Source: a virus
Direction: 5' to 3' (one strand)
DNA: 64,000 bases
Virus record (IMG/VR): IMGVR_UViG_3300028844_004984
The notes below the pieces were generated by a model. It saw nothing but the letters and a program-made list of their open reading frames with translations, had not been told where the DNA came from and ran no database searches. Each line of letters starts with the position of its first letter. Positions within the stretch are counted from its first letter, which is position 1. Made by a program: the position numbers and the translations under genes. Below, piece by piece: positions 27,826 to 36,833 of this stretch.

Positions 27826-29039
27826 TGAGTATGAACTTTTGGGATACAGAACCAGCTAAACCAATCTTTGACTTTGAAACTCAAAAGAGGGAGTTAATCG
27901 AAAATATGGATTATCTATCTTCGATGACAGTTGAAGAACAAACACTTTACAAAAAGTGGGTTGAGTTACAAGAGCCCTCTATGATTAGGGATAAATCGCA
28001 CATTGCGGAACTATACCCAACACAGTGGGCTCCGGCTGATATTAACAATTTGGAACAAACCATTTCGGAGATTGAAGCGTTAGAACCTTATGTTGAGATT
28101 GTAGAAGATGCTAAGGATTCTACTAAATGGGCATATCTCAGAAGGATGATTCATACAATGGGGTTTACCGCCAATCCTGGTCGAAACGTTAAGATTAATG
28201 TTAAAGATAGGGTTACTGGAAAGCTTTTAGGGCAGATATCACTAGCATCTGATGTAACCTCTATGAAGGTTAGAGATGACTATATTGGGTGGAGTAAAGA
28301 TAATAAGTTCGTAGATAAAAAACTCAACCATACTACAATAGCATCTACAATTGTGTGTACTCAGCCACTTGGATTTAACTTCTTAGGTGGTAAGTTAGTT
28401 GCTATGATGACCACTGTGCCTGAAGTGAGGGAGTTTTGGAAAGATAAATATGGCCAGACCCTTATAGCAGTTGGGACTACATCTCTGTATGGAATTCACT
28501 CTCAGTACAATGGTATTCCTCACTTCAAAACATTAGGTGAATCGGCCGGAAAGATTTCAATAAAACCAGATGATAAGTACTACGAACCTTGGCATCAATG
28601 GATTAAAGAAAACAGAGCAGATTGGTACGAAACTGCAATTACGAATGAAAGAATCCGTAATGGTAAAAGTATGGGTGTAGCAAGTGGGCCTGTAAGTGGT
28701 ATCAAACAAAAGATTCTTGGGCAGATATTCAAAGAATGTGGTATCAAACAATCAGATTATCATCATGGGTTTAAAAGAGGTGTATATCTCGCTATGATGT
28801 ATGAGAATGGGCCGGAGTTCCTTAAAGGTGAAATTGGTGAAGATGAGCTAAAGATGAAGCAGAAGTTCGAAGAGGGTGTGGATTACATCAGTAGATGGTG
28901 GAAGAAAAAGGCAATAAAACGATACACCAAACTACACTCTGAAGGTAGATTGAAGCCAGAGCATTTGTTCTATATCGATGCGATTGGTATGAGTTGGGAA
29001 GATATGAAAAGTAAGTATTTGAAAGAAGTTGGTAGATAA
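27825..29039 (+). CDS. DruA/DUF4338-like protein
   Basis: 'PGRN...DRVTGKLLG.ISLASD...RDDYIGW', 'FNFLGGKLVAM', 'TTSLYG..SQYN', 'LGESAG', 'HGFKRGVY' match the Druantia DruA family pattern. Confidence 0.75.
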   Translation: MSMNFWDTEPAKPIFDFETQKRELIENMDYLSSMTVEEQTLYKKWVELQEPSMIRDKSHIAELYPTQWAPADINNLEQTISEIEALEPYVEIVEDAKDSTKWAYLRRMIHTMGFTANPGRNVKINVKDRVTGKLLGQISLASDVTSMKVRDDYIGWSKDNKFVDKKLNHTTIASTIVCTQPLGFNFLGGKLVAMMTTVPEVREFWKDKYGQTLIAVGTTSLYGIHSQYNGIPHFKTLGESAGKISIKPDDKYYEPWHQWIKENRADWYETAITNERIRNGKSMGVASGPVSGIKQKILGQIFKECGIKQSDYHHGFKRGVYLAMMYENGPEFLKGEIGEDELKMKQKFEEGVDYISRWWKKKAIKRYTKLHSEGRLKPEHLFYIDAIGMSWEDMKSKYLKEVGR

Positions 29040-29971
29040 TGAATAACACAGAAAACACACTTTGGGTTGAGAAGTACAGACCCGATACATTGGAAGGGTA
29101 TGTTGGAAACGAACATATCCTTGAGAAAGTAAAGATTTACATTGAGAATGAGGATGTACCTCACTTGCTACTCTATGGTGTGGCGGGTACTGGTAAGACT
29201 ACCCTCGCTAAAATCATTACCAATCAGATTGATTGTGATGTGATGTACATCAACGCTTCGGATGAAAACAACGTAGATACAGTTAGGGATAAGATTAGAG
29301 GATTCGCATCATCGATGGGATTCCGTAAGTGGAAAGTGATTATTTTGGATGAGAGCGATTACCTAACTCCGAACGCACAGGCGGCACTTCGTAATCTAAT
29401 GGAAACGTTCTCCAAAACAACACGATTCATTTTGACGTGTAACTATGTTGAAAAAATCATCGACCCAATTCAGAGTAGATGCCAAACGTTTGGTATTACA
29501 CCACCATCTAAGAAAGAGGTGGCGCTGCGTTTGAAAGAGATTTTGGATTCTGAGAATGTATCATATGAGATGCAGGATTTAGCTATTTTGGTAAATAGTG
29601 GATATCCTGATATTCGTAGAGTTCTGAACGCAGGACAACGGCAGGTTATAAAGGGTGAATTGAAGATTGATAAAACATCAACGATTCAAGCGAATTATAT
29701 GGATGAGGTATTGAATGTACTTAAATCTGATGGTAATGTAAAAGAGGTGTTCCTAAAGAGTAGGCAGATTATCGCAGATTCAAAAGTTAAGGACTTCACA
29801 CCATTCTACAGATTTTTGTACGATAATGTAGATGATTTCGCAGCTGGAAAAGTGGGTAACACAATAATCAAAATTGCAGATGCTCAATACAAAGATGCAT
29901 CAGTAGTGGATAAAGAAATCAACATCGTAGCGATGTTATTGGAAATTTTAATTGATATCAAAGGAAAATAA
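29039..29971 (+). CDS. Clamp loader AAA+ subunit (gp44/RFC-like)
   Basis: 'LWVEKYRP', 'GVAGTGKTT', 'INASDE', 'ILDESD', 'IQSRC'. Confidence 0.95.
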   Translation: MNNTENTLWVEKYRPDTLEGYVGNEHILEKVKIYIENEDVPHLLLYGVAGTGKTTLAKIITNQIDCDVMYINASDENNVDTVRDKIRGFASSMGFRKWKVIILDESDYLTPNAQAALRNLMETFSKTTRFILTCNYVEKIIDPIQSRCQTFGITPPSKKEVALRLKEILDSENVSYEMQDLAILVNSGYPDIRRVLNAGQRQVIKGELKIDKTSTIQANYMDEVLNVLKSDGNVKEVFLKSRQIIADSKVKDFTPFYRFLYDNVDDFAAGKVGNTIIKIADAQYKDASVVDKEINIVAMLLEILIDIKGK

Positions 29972-29973
29972 TT

Positions 29974-30243
29974 ATGGCAAAAGGAAAGGGAAAATCAAAA
30001 ATAGTTGGAATGGGACAACCAACACAACAAGCACCACAAATGCAGTTAGACCCAACAAAGTTACCAACGGTACATTGTGAGAATTGTGATTCTATTTTTT
30101 GGGAAGAAGTGACAATGTTCAAAGAAGTTCCAGCGGTTCAATCACCGAATGGGCAGAAATCAATGTTACCAATTCCTGTAGTTAGATGTGCAGAGTGTGG
30201 GCATGTATCGGAAAAGTTTTTACCTAAAGAGTTATTACCTTAA
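29974..30243 (+). CDS. Zn-ribbon protein
   Basis: CENC...CAECGH. Confidence 0.7.
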   Translation: MAKGKGKSKIVGMGQPTQQAPQMQLDPTKLPTVHCENCDSIFWEEVTMFKEVPAVQSPNGQKSMLPIPVVRCAECGHVSEKFLPKELLP

Positions 30244-30698
30244 TGGCAAAAAAGAAAAGTGATAACACTGTAAAGGCTAAGAGTATCTTCCAACATCTTA
30301 GTGGTATAAAGGAGAAAAAAGATTCTTGGGAATCTCTATCTGAGATGGATAAGAAATCATTTACTCCATTTATCATAAATCGTTGGTTAAGTATGAACTT
30401 GGACTTACTACCTATCATAAATGTACTACAGAAGTACACAATCGGCTTGTTATCCGCCAGAGATGTATACAAAGTGTATTTGGATTTTCTACCAAAGCAA
30501 AAAACATTTGATAAGTACATCAAAGGTAAGAAAGATGGTAAGTACAACAAAGAGTTACTACAACACCTATCAACTTGGTATGGTGTATCACATAGAGAAG
30601 TAATTGATTATTTGGATATACTACCAAAGGATGAGGTGATTTCGATTCTAATGAAGTATGGTATGACCGATAAGGAAGCAAAAAAGTTATTGAAATGA
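30243..30698 (+). CDS. Clamp loader small subunit (gp62-like)
   Basis: 'FTPFIINRWLSM' and 'WYGVSHREVIDYL' gp62-like pattern, downstream of gp44. Confidence 0.8.
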   Translation: MAKKKSDNTVKAKSIFQHLSGIKEKKDSWESLSEMDKKSFTPFIINRWLSMNLDLLPIINVLQKYTIGLLSARDVYKVYLDFLPKQKTFDKYIKGKKDGKYNKELLQHLSTWYGVSHREVIDYLDILPKDEVISILMKYGMTDKEAKKLLK

Positions 30699-31105
30699 GC
30701 GAAGTATTAAGAGAATCAAAAACCAAAGTAGTTCACAGAGGTGAGCGAGTGGTTACAACGAATAAAGAAGAAACTGCAGTACAATACTGCGAACGAATGT
30801 ATCCTGATACCACAAATGAGTTCAAAGTTATTTTGGATGAGATGTATGATACATTCTGTAAGAAGCAACGTAACTATGGGCCAGGTAATATTTCGGTGGG
30901 AACTGATTTGAAAACCGATGATGATAAGAAGTTATCATTAACTGGGCTGTGGTTCAGAATCAACGATAAGGTTCAGCGATTGAAGCAATTGGTTGTATTA
31001 GGTCAACCAGATGAGGTTGGAGAATCAGTACAAGATACATATCAGGATTTGAGTGTATATGGTGTGATTGCTCAGATTGTTCAACGTGGAAAGTGGGCTA
31101 AATGA
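30695..31105 (+). CDS. Nucleotide-modification-associated domain 1 (DUF1599/Nmad1, MazG-like)
   Basis: 'KKQRNYG', 'RINDKVQRL', 'ESVQDTYQDLSVYGVI'. Confidence 0.75.
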   Translation: MSEVLRESKTKVVHRGERVVTTNKEETAVQYCERMYPDTTNEFKVILDEMYDTFCKKQRNYGPGNISVGTDLKTDDDKKLSLTGLWFRINDKVQRLKQLVVLGQPDEVGESVQDTYQDLSVYGVIAQIVQRGKWAK

Positions 31106-31539
31106 ACTGGAATGAATATTTCAGAGGTATAGCACACCAAGTAAAACTAAAATCAAAGGATGAACGTACTCAGATAGGTGCTGTTATCGTTGGAACTGAT
31201 AACGAAATCGTATCAACTGGGTACAATTCATTTCCCAGAGGTATTGTTGATTCTAAATCAGAAAGACAAGAAAGGCCTGAAAAATACTATTGGTTTGAGC
31301 ACGCAGAACGAAACGCAATCTACAACGCAGCTAGAATTGGAGTATCCACGAAAGGTTGTAGAATGTATCTAACTTGTGGTATTCCGTGTTCTGATTGTGC
31401 TAGGGGTATTATAAACGCAGGTATCATCGAAATCTATTGTGAGCGAGAGGGTGGTGCAACGGGCAGTAAGTGGGATGAATCAGCTATCCGTTCAATGAAG
31501 ATGTTCAATGAAACTGGAATAGAAATAAAATTCTATTAA
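31102..31539 (+). CDS. dCMP deaminase
   Basis: 'SKD..QIGAVIV', 'TGYNS', 'HAERNAI', 'PCSDC'. Confidence 0.92.
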   Translation: MNWNEYFRGIAHQVKLKSKDERTQIGAVIVGTDNEIVSTGYNSFPRGIVDSKSERQERPEKYYWFEHAERNAIYNAARIGVSTKGCRMYLTCGIPCSDCARGIINAGIIEIYCEREGGATGSKWDESAIRSMKMFNETGIEIKFY

Positions 31540-31561
31540 TTCAAAAAAATTAATCAAAATA

Positions 31562-31593
31562 GTTGGATATTCCAAATAATTTTCTTATATTAG
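31562..31593 (+). promoter_or_regulatory. sigmaA-type promoter with TTGGATATTCCAA inverted repeat
   Basis: GTTG-N20-TATATTAG. GTG starts 5 nt after its last base. Confidence 0.65.
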
Positions 31594-31597
31594 TGTA

Positions 31598-32545
31598 GTG
31601 AAAGATAGTAAGATAAATAACGTATTTTCTCTTGGTATTAGAGAACCCAGTGATGGAGATGTTGGGGTATCATACTCCCAATACACAATGTATGCTAATT
31701 GCCCACATCAATGGAAGCTGAACTATATGGATGGTAACAGAACGTTTGACCCATCCATACATTTGGTGTTTGGTACAGCAATGCATGAAACACTACAAGA
31801 GTGGTTGGATATACTGTACAACAAATCACCCAAAGAAGCATCTGAGATAGATTTGGGTAAGATGTTGTATGAGTGTATGATTACCGAATATACAAAGATG
31901 CGTAAACAGACTGGTGTTGAATTTAGTTCACCATCTGAAATGGAGGAGTTCTTAGAAGATGGAATTGAGATTCTGAACTTTGTTACAAAGAATCGCTTGG
32001 ATTACTTCAATACACGTCATATGAAACTTCTAGCCATTGAGTTACCAATCTACGCTAAAGCTATGGAATCTCATAATGTATATATGAGAGGGTTCTTAGA
32101 TTTGGTGTTTGAGGATACATATGAGAATAAGATTCAGATTTGGGATATCAAAACATCAACAATGGGTTGGAATAAGTGGCAAAAAGCAGATAAAACCAAA
32201 ACAGCTCAGTTGGTTCTGTACAAAAAATTCCTATCCGAACAATTTGGTTACCCAATTGATAACATCAGTACCAAATACTTCATCGTAAAGAGAAAGTTGC
32301 ACGAAGGTATGATGTTTGCTCAAAAGAGGGTGCAAGAATTTGTACCTTCTAGTGGTAAACCCACACTAAATAAGATAACAAAAAGTTTTGAAGATTTCAT
32401 CAGAAATTCATTCAACGAAGATGGTAGCTACCGAAAAGAATCTGAGTTCCCTGCTATGGCGGGTAAGAACAATAAGAATTGTAAGTGGTGTCCGTTCAAA
32501 AATGATTTTGAGAAATGTCCGAAAGAGAATAGACATAAAGTATGA
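31598..32545 (+). CDS. PD-(D/E)xK exonuclease, Cas4/AddB-like
   Basis: 'SYSQ...CP..W', 'GTAMHE', 'GFLDLV', 'WDIKTS', 'QLVLY', 'CKWCPF...C'. Confidence 0.85.
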   Translation: MKDSKINNVFSLGIREPSDGDVGVSYSQYTMYANCPHQWKLNYMDGNRTFDPSIHLVFGTAMHETLQEWLDILYNKSPKEASEIDLGKMLYECMITEYTKMRKQTGVEFSSPSEMEEFLEDGIEILNFVTKNRLDYFNTRHMKLLAIELPIYAKAMESHNVYMRGFLDLVFEDTYENKIQIWDIKTSTMGWNKWQKADKTKTAQLVLYKKFLSEQFGYPIDNISTKYFIVKRKLHEGMMFAQKRVQEFVPSSGKPTLNKITKSFEDFIRNSFNEDGSYRKESEFPAMAGKNNKNCKWCPFKNDFEKCPKENRHKV

Positions 32546-33084
32546 AGAAGATTTTATTGATTGTACCATTTTTGGTTGCAGCTGGGATTTCCAATAATCG
32601 GTTCAATTTAGAACCGATTGTGGTATTACAACCAAAAGAAATAAAAGGTGATACACCTAACTCAGCTAAGTTAAAAACTATCACAAATTATGTTGATTGG
32701 ACACCATTAATCCGAGCTATGATTCAAGTCGAAAGTCGAGGTAATGATTCGGCATATAACAAACGTGAGGAAGCTGTGGGATGTTTACAAATCAGACCAA
32801 TTATGCTAAAAGAATGTAATCGTATTCTAACGCTGATTGGTGTTGATAAACAATACACATTAGATGATAGGTGGAATCGAACTAAATCAATTGAAATATT
32901 TTATGTAGTAAACAATCATCATCACAAAAATGGAACATATGAAGAAATCGCGAGGGCCTGGAATGGTGGTCCGAACTGGGCTAAAAAGGGCGGTACAAAA
33001 AGATATTGGAAAAAAGTACAAAAGCAACTCAAAAAACAATTTAAAGAAAATGAACGTAGCGGTGATAGGTTCTCCGAAGTATGA
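32542..33084 (+). CDS. Lysozyme-like/lytic transglycosylase with N-terminal signal or anchor
   Basis: 'AMIQVESRG', 'GCLQI', 'ARAWNGGP', 'YWKKV'; hydrophobic N-terminus. Confidence 0.75.
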   Translation: MKKILLIVPFLVAAGISNNRFNLEPIVVLQPKEIKGDTPNSAKLKTITNYVDWTPLIRAMIQVESRGNDSAYNKREEAVGCLQIRPIMLKECNRILTLIGVDKQYTLDDRWNRTKSIEIFYVVNNHHHKNGTYEEIARAWNGGPNWAKKGGTKRYWKKVQKQLKKQFKENERSGDRFSEV

Positions 33085-33445
33085 GAATGTTAGAAAGTTG
33101 CGAGAATTTCTGTTCACAATCAAAGAAAAGCTAGGAACTGAAATTAACATTATAAGTAGGGGTAATAAAGATGGTTGTGAAAAATATGTTCGTAAGTATA
33201 CATTAGAGTTTGGGTTAAGATACACCGAATACAACGCAGCACATACGAACAGAAATCTATACAGTGGTATGAGTGATGAGTACTATGATAAACCATTTCA
33301 TCCAACACAAACATTACATCAATATGATTGTATAGTAAAACACGCTGATAAATTATTCTACTTTGGTGGTATAAAAGCATCTGAGCAAAGACACTTCGAA
33401 AAATTGCTAAAACGGTATGGAAAGCGTGTTACATATATGGTTTAA
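33050..33445 (+). CDS. SLOG/YspA-like Rossmannoid protein
   Basis: 'MNVAVIGS..Y.N', 'IISRG..DGCE...Y'. Confidence 0.5.
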   Translation: MNVAVIGSPKYENVRKLREFLFTIKEKLGTEINIISRGNKDGCEKYVRKYTLEFGLRYTEYNAAHTNRNLYSGMSDEYYDKPFHPTQTLHQYDCIVKHADKLFYFGGIKASEQRHFEKLLKRYGKRVTYMV

Positions 33446-33487
33446 TTAAATCGATTTAGATACTTATTTAAAAGAAATAAAAGAGTT

Positions 33488-34885
33488 ATGAGTAAACAAA
33501 GAAAAAAACCTCTGATACTTCTGTTATCAGATGATTTAAGATTACATAGTGGTATAGCTACTATGTCAAAACAGATAGTGCTAAATACAGCACATAAATA
33601 TGATTGGTTGCAGGTTGGAGCAGCAGTTAAACATCCCGATGAAGGTAAGTTCTTCGATGTATCTGATTCTGTAAATGAAGAAGCGGGAATAGATAATGCG
33701 AGTGTTCGTATTATACCTCAGAGTGGATATGGTAATCAACAATTAATCAAACACCTAATTACTACTGAGAATCCAGATGCCATTCTACACTTTACCGACC
33801 CTCGTTTTTGGGGATGGTTGTATGCAATGGAAGATGAGATTCGTAGACACATCCCAATTTTTTACTACAACATTTGGGATGATTTGCCAGACCCAATGTG
33901 GAACGCACCATTCTATGGAAGTTGTGATTTGTTGATGGGTATCTCAAAACAAACATATGGTATCAACAAAAGAGTAATGGATAAGTATGGTATGCCTATG
34001 GACGATTGGCAAATCCAATATGTACCACATGGTGTTTCAGATAAGTTTAAACCAATCGCTAAAGATTCAGAAGAGTATCAGCATGTTTTAAAAATGAAAT
34101 CTGATTTGGGCATTGTAGATAAGAAATTTGTGGTTCTGTATAATAACAGAAATATCAGACGTAAAAATCCTGGAGATGTGGTACTAGCATACAAAGAGTT
34201 TTGTGATACTCTAAGTGAAGATGAAGCAAAGGATGTAGTGCTACTATTCCATACATCAAAAGTAGACCCGAATGGTACTGACCTGCCTGAAGTGGTTAAG
34301 AATGTATGTCCTGATTATGATGTAGTATTCACTAATCAGCAATATTCTACTGAAGAACTTAATCATATTTACAACTTAGCAGATGTTACAATTAATATGG
34401 CATCAAATGAGGGATTTGGGTTGGCTACATGCGAATCCGCTAATGCTGGAACACCCATTATTGTAAACGTTACTGGTGGGATGCAAGACCAGTGTGGATT
34501 TACAATTGATGGTAAATACATTGAAGCAGATGAATATGTTAAAATTGGCTCTCTACATGATAAGAAGAAACTACCTCATAATTTAAGTTGGGGTAGTTGG
34601 GTAAACCCAATATGGCCAACGAATCGTTCACTACAGGGTTCACCAGCAACACCATACATTTTCGATGATAGATGTTCTTTTGAAGATGCGGGTAAGGCAA
34701 TACGGCAGTGGTATGATACTACTGAAGAACGTAGAATCGAATGCGGGTTGGAAGGTTCTGAGTGGATGAAATCAAAAGAAAGTGGTATGAGTTCTAAGGA
34801 GATGGGAACTCGATTTATTGATGCTATGGAAACAGCATTTAAAAAATGGCAACCTATAAATAAAGTAACATTATGGAAGATATAA
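33488..34885 (+). CDS. Glycosyltransferase family 4 (GT-B)
   Basis: 'NNRNIRRK', 'YNLADV....SNEGFGLATCES..AGTPII..VTGG'. Preceded by TACTTATT late-type motif. Confidence 0.9.
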   Translation: MSKQRKKPLILLLSDDLRLHSGIATMSKQIVLNTAHKYDWLQVGAAVKHPDEGKFFDVSDSVNEEAGIDNASVRIIPQSGYGNQQLIKHLITTENPDAILHFTDPRFWGWLYAMEDEIRRHIPIFYYNIWDDLPDPMWNAPFYGSCDLLMGISKQTYGINKRVMDKYGMPMDDWQIQYVPHGVSDKFKPIAKDSEEYQHVLKMKSDLGIVDKKFVVLYNNRNIRRKNPGDVVLAYKEFCDTLSEDEAKDVVLLFHTSKVDPNGTDLPEVVKNVCPDYDVVFTNQQYSTEELNHIYNLADVTINMASNEGFGLATCESANAGTPIIVNVTGGMQDQCGFTIDGKYIEADEYVKIGSLHDKKKLPHNLSWGSWVNPIWPTNRSLQGSPATPYIFDDRCSFEDAGKAIRQWYDTTEERRIECGLEGSEWMKSKESGMSSKEMGTRFIDAMETAFKKWQPINKVTLWKI

Positions 34886-36201
34886 AAAAGTTTTGTGTAG
34901 TTAGTTGTCCTATTTCAACCAGAAGTGGTTATGGGGCTCGTAGTAGAGATTTTGTAAGGGCTTTGATTAAATCGAAGCCGGACTGGGATATCCAAATCTT
35001 ATCACAGAGATGGGGGCAGACTGCAATGGATGCGTTGGCACCAGGAATCGATGATGATTTGTTAAATAGAATCATTACAAAAAAAGAAGATAAAAAACCA
35101 AATGTTTGGATTCAGATTACTGTTCCAAATGAGTTTCAACCTGTAGGTGATTATAACATCGGTGTAACTGCTGGTGTTGAAACGACTATCATGCCTCCTG
35201 AGTGTTTAGAGGGTATGAATCGTATGGATAAGGTATTGGTATCATCTAACTTTACCAAAGAGGTTATTCAAAAGACTGTGTTTGATAAGAAGGATGAGAA
35301 AACAAACCAATCGGTCGGTCAGTTGAAATGTGAAACTCCCATTGAGGTACTATTTGAGGGTATTAATTTGGATATCTACAATAATAAGGCAGAGCGTGAA
35401 CCAGCGATTGATGATGTTATGCGTGATGTATCGGAATCGTTTTGTTTCCTATTCGTTGGGCATTGGCTGCAAGGAGATTTTATGCAAGATAGAAAGAATG
35501 TATCAGGTCTAATATGGACATTCTTAAATGCGTTTAAGAACAAAACGAAACAACCAGCACTCATACTAAAAACCAGTAGGGGTAATACTTCTTTGGTGGA
35601 TAGACATGAACTTAGAAAAATAATCCAACAGATAAAATCACAATGTGATTCAACCCGACTTCCTAATATATACCTACTACATTCTGATTTGACAGATGAG
35701 GAAATGAACGCTCTGTACAACCACCCGAAGGTAAAAGCACACGTATCATTTACTCGTGGTGAGGGATTTGGTAGACCGTTGTTGGAAGCTACCATTAGTG
35801 GTAAACCAATGGTTGTATCAGGATGGTCTGGTCAAACGGATTTTTTGAATCCTGAGTACGTTAATCTTATAAATGGTAAGCTAACACAGGTACACAAATC
35901 CGCATCGGATAAGAAGTTCCTTTTGAATGAAGCTTCTTGGTTTGAGATTGATTACAATATGGCGGGTAGTACTATGAAGGATATGGTTGATAACTATAAG
36001 AAGTACTTAGAGAAGTCCAGAAAGCATAGACAGTACACAAAAGATAGATTTACCTTTAACCATATGGTAGAACTATTGGGTACTCGACTTGAGGATGTAA
36101 ACTCTAAACCACAAACTGTTGGATTAAAACTACCAAAGTTGAAGAAGAAAGAAGAACCGAAAAAAGTAGAACTACCTAAATTGAAAAAGGTAACTAACTA
36201 A
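34873..36201 (+). CDS. Glycosyltransferase family 4 (GT-B)
   Basis: 'TRSGYG', 'DRKNV', 'TRGEGFGRPLLEA..SGKP....WSG..DF'. Confidence 0.9.
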   Translation: MEDIKKFCVVSCPISTRSGYGARSRDFVRALIKSKPDWDIQILSQRWGQTAMDALAPGIDDDLLNRIITKKEDKKPNVWIQITVPNEFQPVGDYNIGVTAGVETTIMPPECLEGMNRMDKVLVSSNFTKEVIQKTVFDKKDEKTNQSVGQLKCETPIEVLFEGINLDIYNNKAEREPAIDDVMRDVSESFCFLFVGHWLQGDFMQDRKNVSGLIWTFLNAFKNKTKQPALILKTSRGNTSLVDRHELRKIIQQIKSQCDSTRLPNIYLLHSDLTDEEMNALYNHPKVKAHVSFTRGEGFGRPLLEATISGKPMVVSGWSGQTDFLNPEYVNLINGKLTQVHKSASDKKFLLNEASWFEIDYNMAGSTMKDMVDNYKKYLEKSRKHRQYTKDRFTFNHMVELLGTRLEDVNSKPQTVGLKLPKLKKKEEPKKVELPKLKKVTN

Positions 36202-36725
36202 TGGCTGGGTATTACAATACACATCTAAGGAAAACATCAGACCCCACTCCAATTACGAAAACTAAAATGGAGAGGGGTATGGTGGTTAAAATTAAGTACA
36301 AAAAAGATACAGGTACAAAGTTGTATTTGGTATTTGTACTACAACCAAAATGGCCAAATACGACTGAAGGTAAGTTACATGGTCTATCCTTAGATGCAGT
36401 ATCTCCTGGTAAACTTTTAGAAATAGCAGAAATCTACAATGAAGTGATATCAAAATCATCAAAGGTTAAAAGATTAGATTTAGCTAAGATTCAAATCAAC
36501 GAAGCATCTAAAGTGTTCTATACATCAGAAATCAAAACTGAGAAACAACTGAAGGCATCGTATCGTACATTCAATCTATTAGATATTAAATCAGTTCAAG
36601 CAGTAAACTATGATTGGGGTAAATTTGATTTGGTTCCTGATAGAGATGCTAGAAGAAAACAGATGGAAGAGGAAGCTAAGATGAGAAAAGAAGCTGCTGA
36701 GGCTAAGAAGGAATTGGGTAACTAA
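36201..36725 (+). CDS. Hypothetical protein (weak resemblance to T4 gp2-like DNA end protector)
   Basis: 174-aa coupled ORF; 'LVFVL...LHGLSL...YRTF'. Confidence 0.45.
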   Translation: MAGYYNTHLRKTSDPTPITKTKMERGMVVKIKYKKDTGTKLYLVFVLQPKWPNTTEGKLHGLSLDAVSPGKLLEIAEIYNEVISKSSKVKRLDLAKIQINEASKVFYTSEIKTEKQLKASYRTFNLLDIKSVQAVNYDWGKFDLVPDRDARRKQMEEEAKMRKEAAEAKKELGN

Positions 36726-36783
36726 CTGATTATCAACACGATAGCTATGATAGTGAGCACAAAAGTAAAAAGTACGGATGATA

Positions 36784-36815
36784 TTTGTTTAAATGAACAT
36801 TTTTTCGTATATTAG
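36784..36815 (+). promoter_or_regulatory. sigmaA-type promoter heading the glycan island
   Basis: TTTG-N20-TATATTAG. Confidence 0.7.
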
Positions 36816-36833
36816 TAGTAATATAGATACATT

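Noticed and set aside
27825-29039. Complete Druantia defence system
   Set aside because: Only a DruA-like gene is present; no DruE helicase or DruB/C/D.
31598-32545. Cas4 as part of a CRISPR-Cas system
   Set aside because: It is a solo Cas4/AddB-like nuclease of a kind common in phages, with no cas1/cas2 or array.
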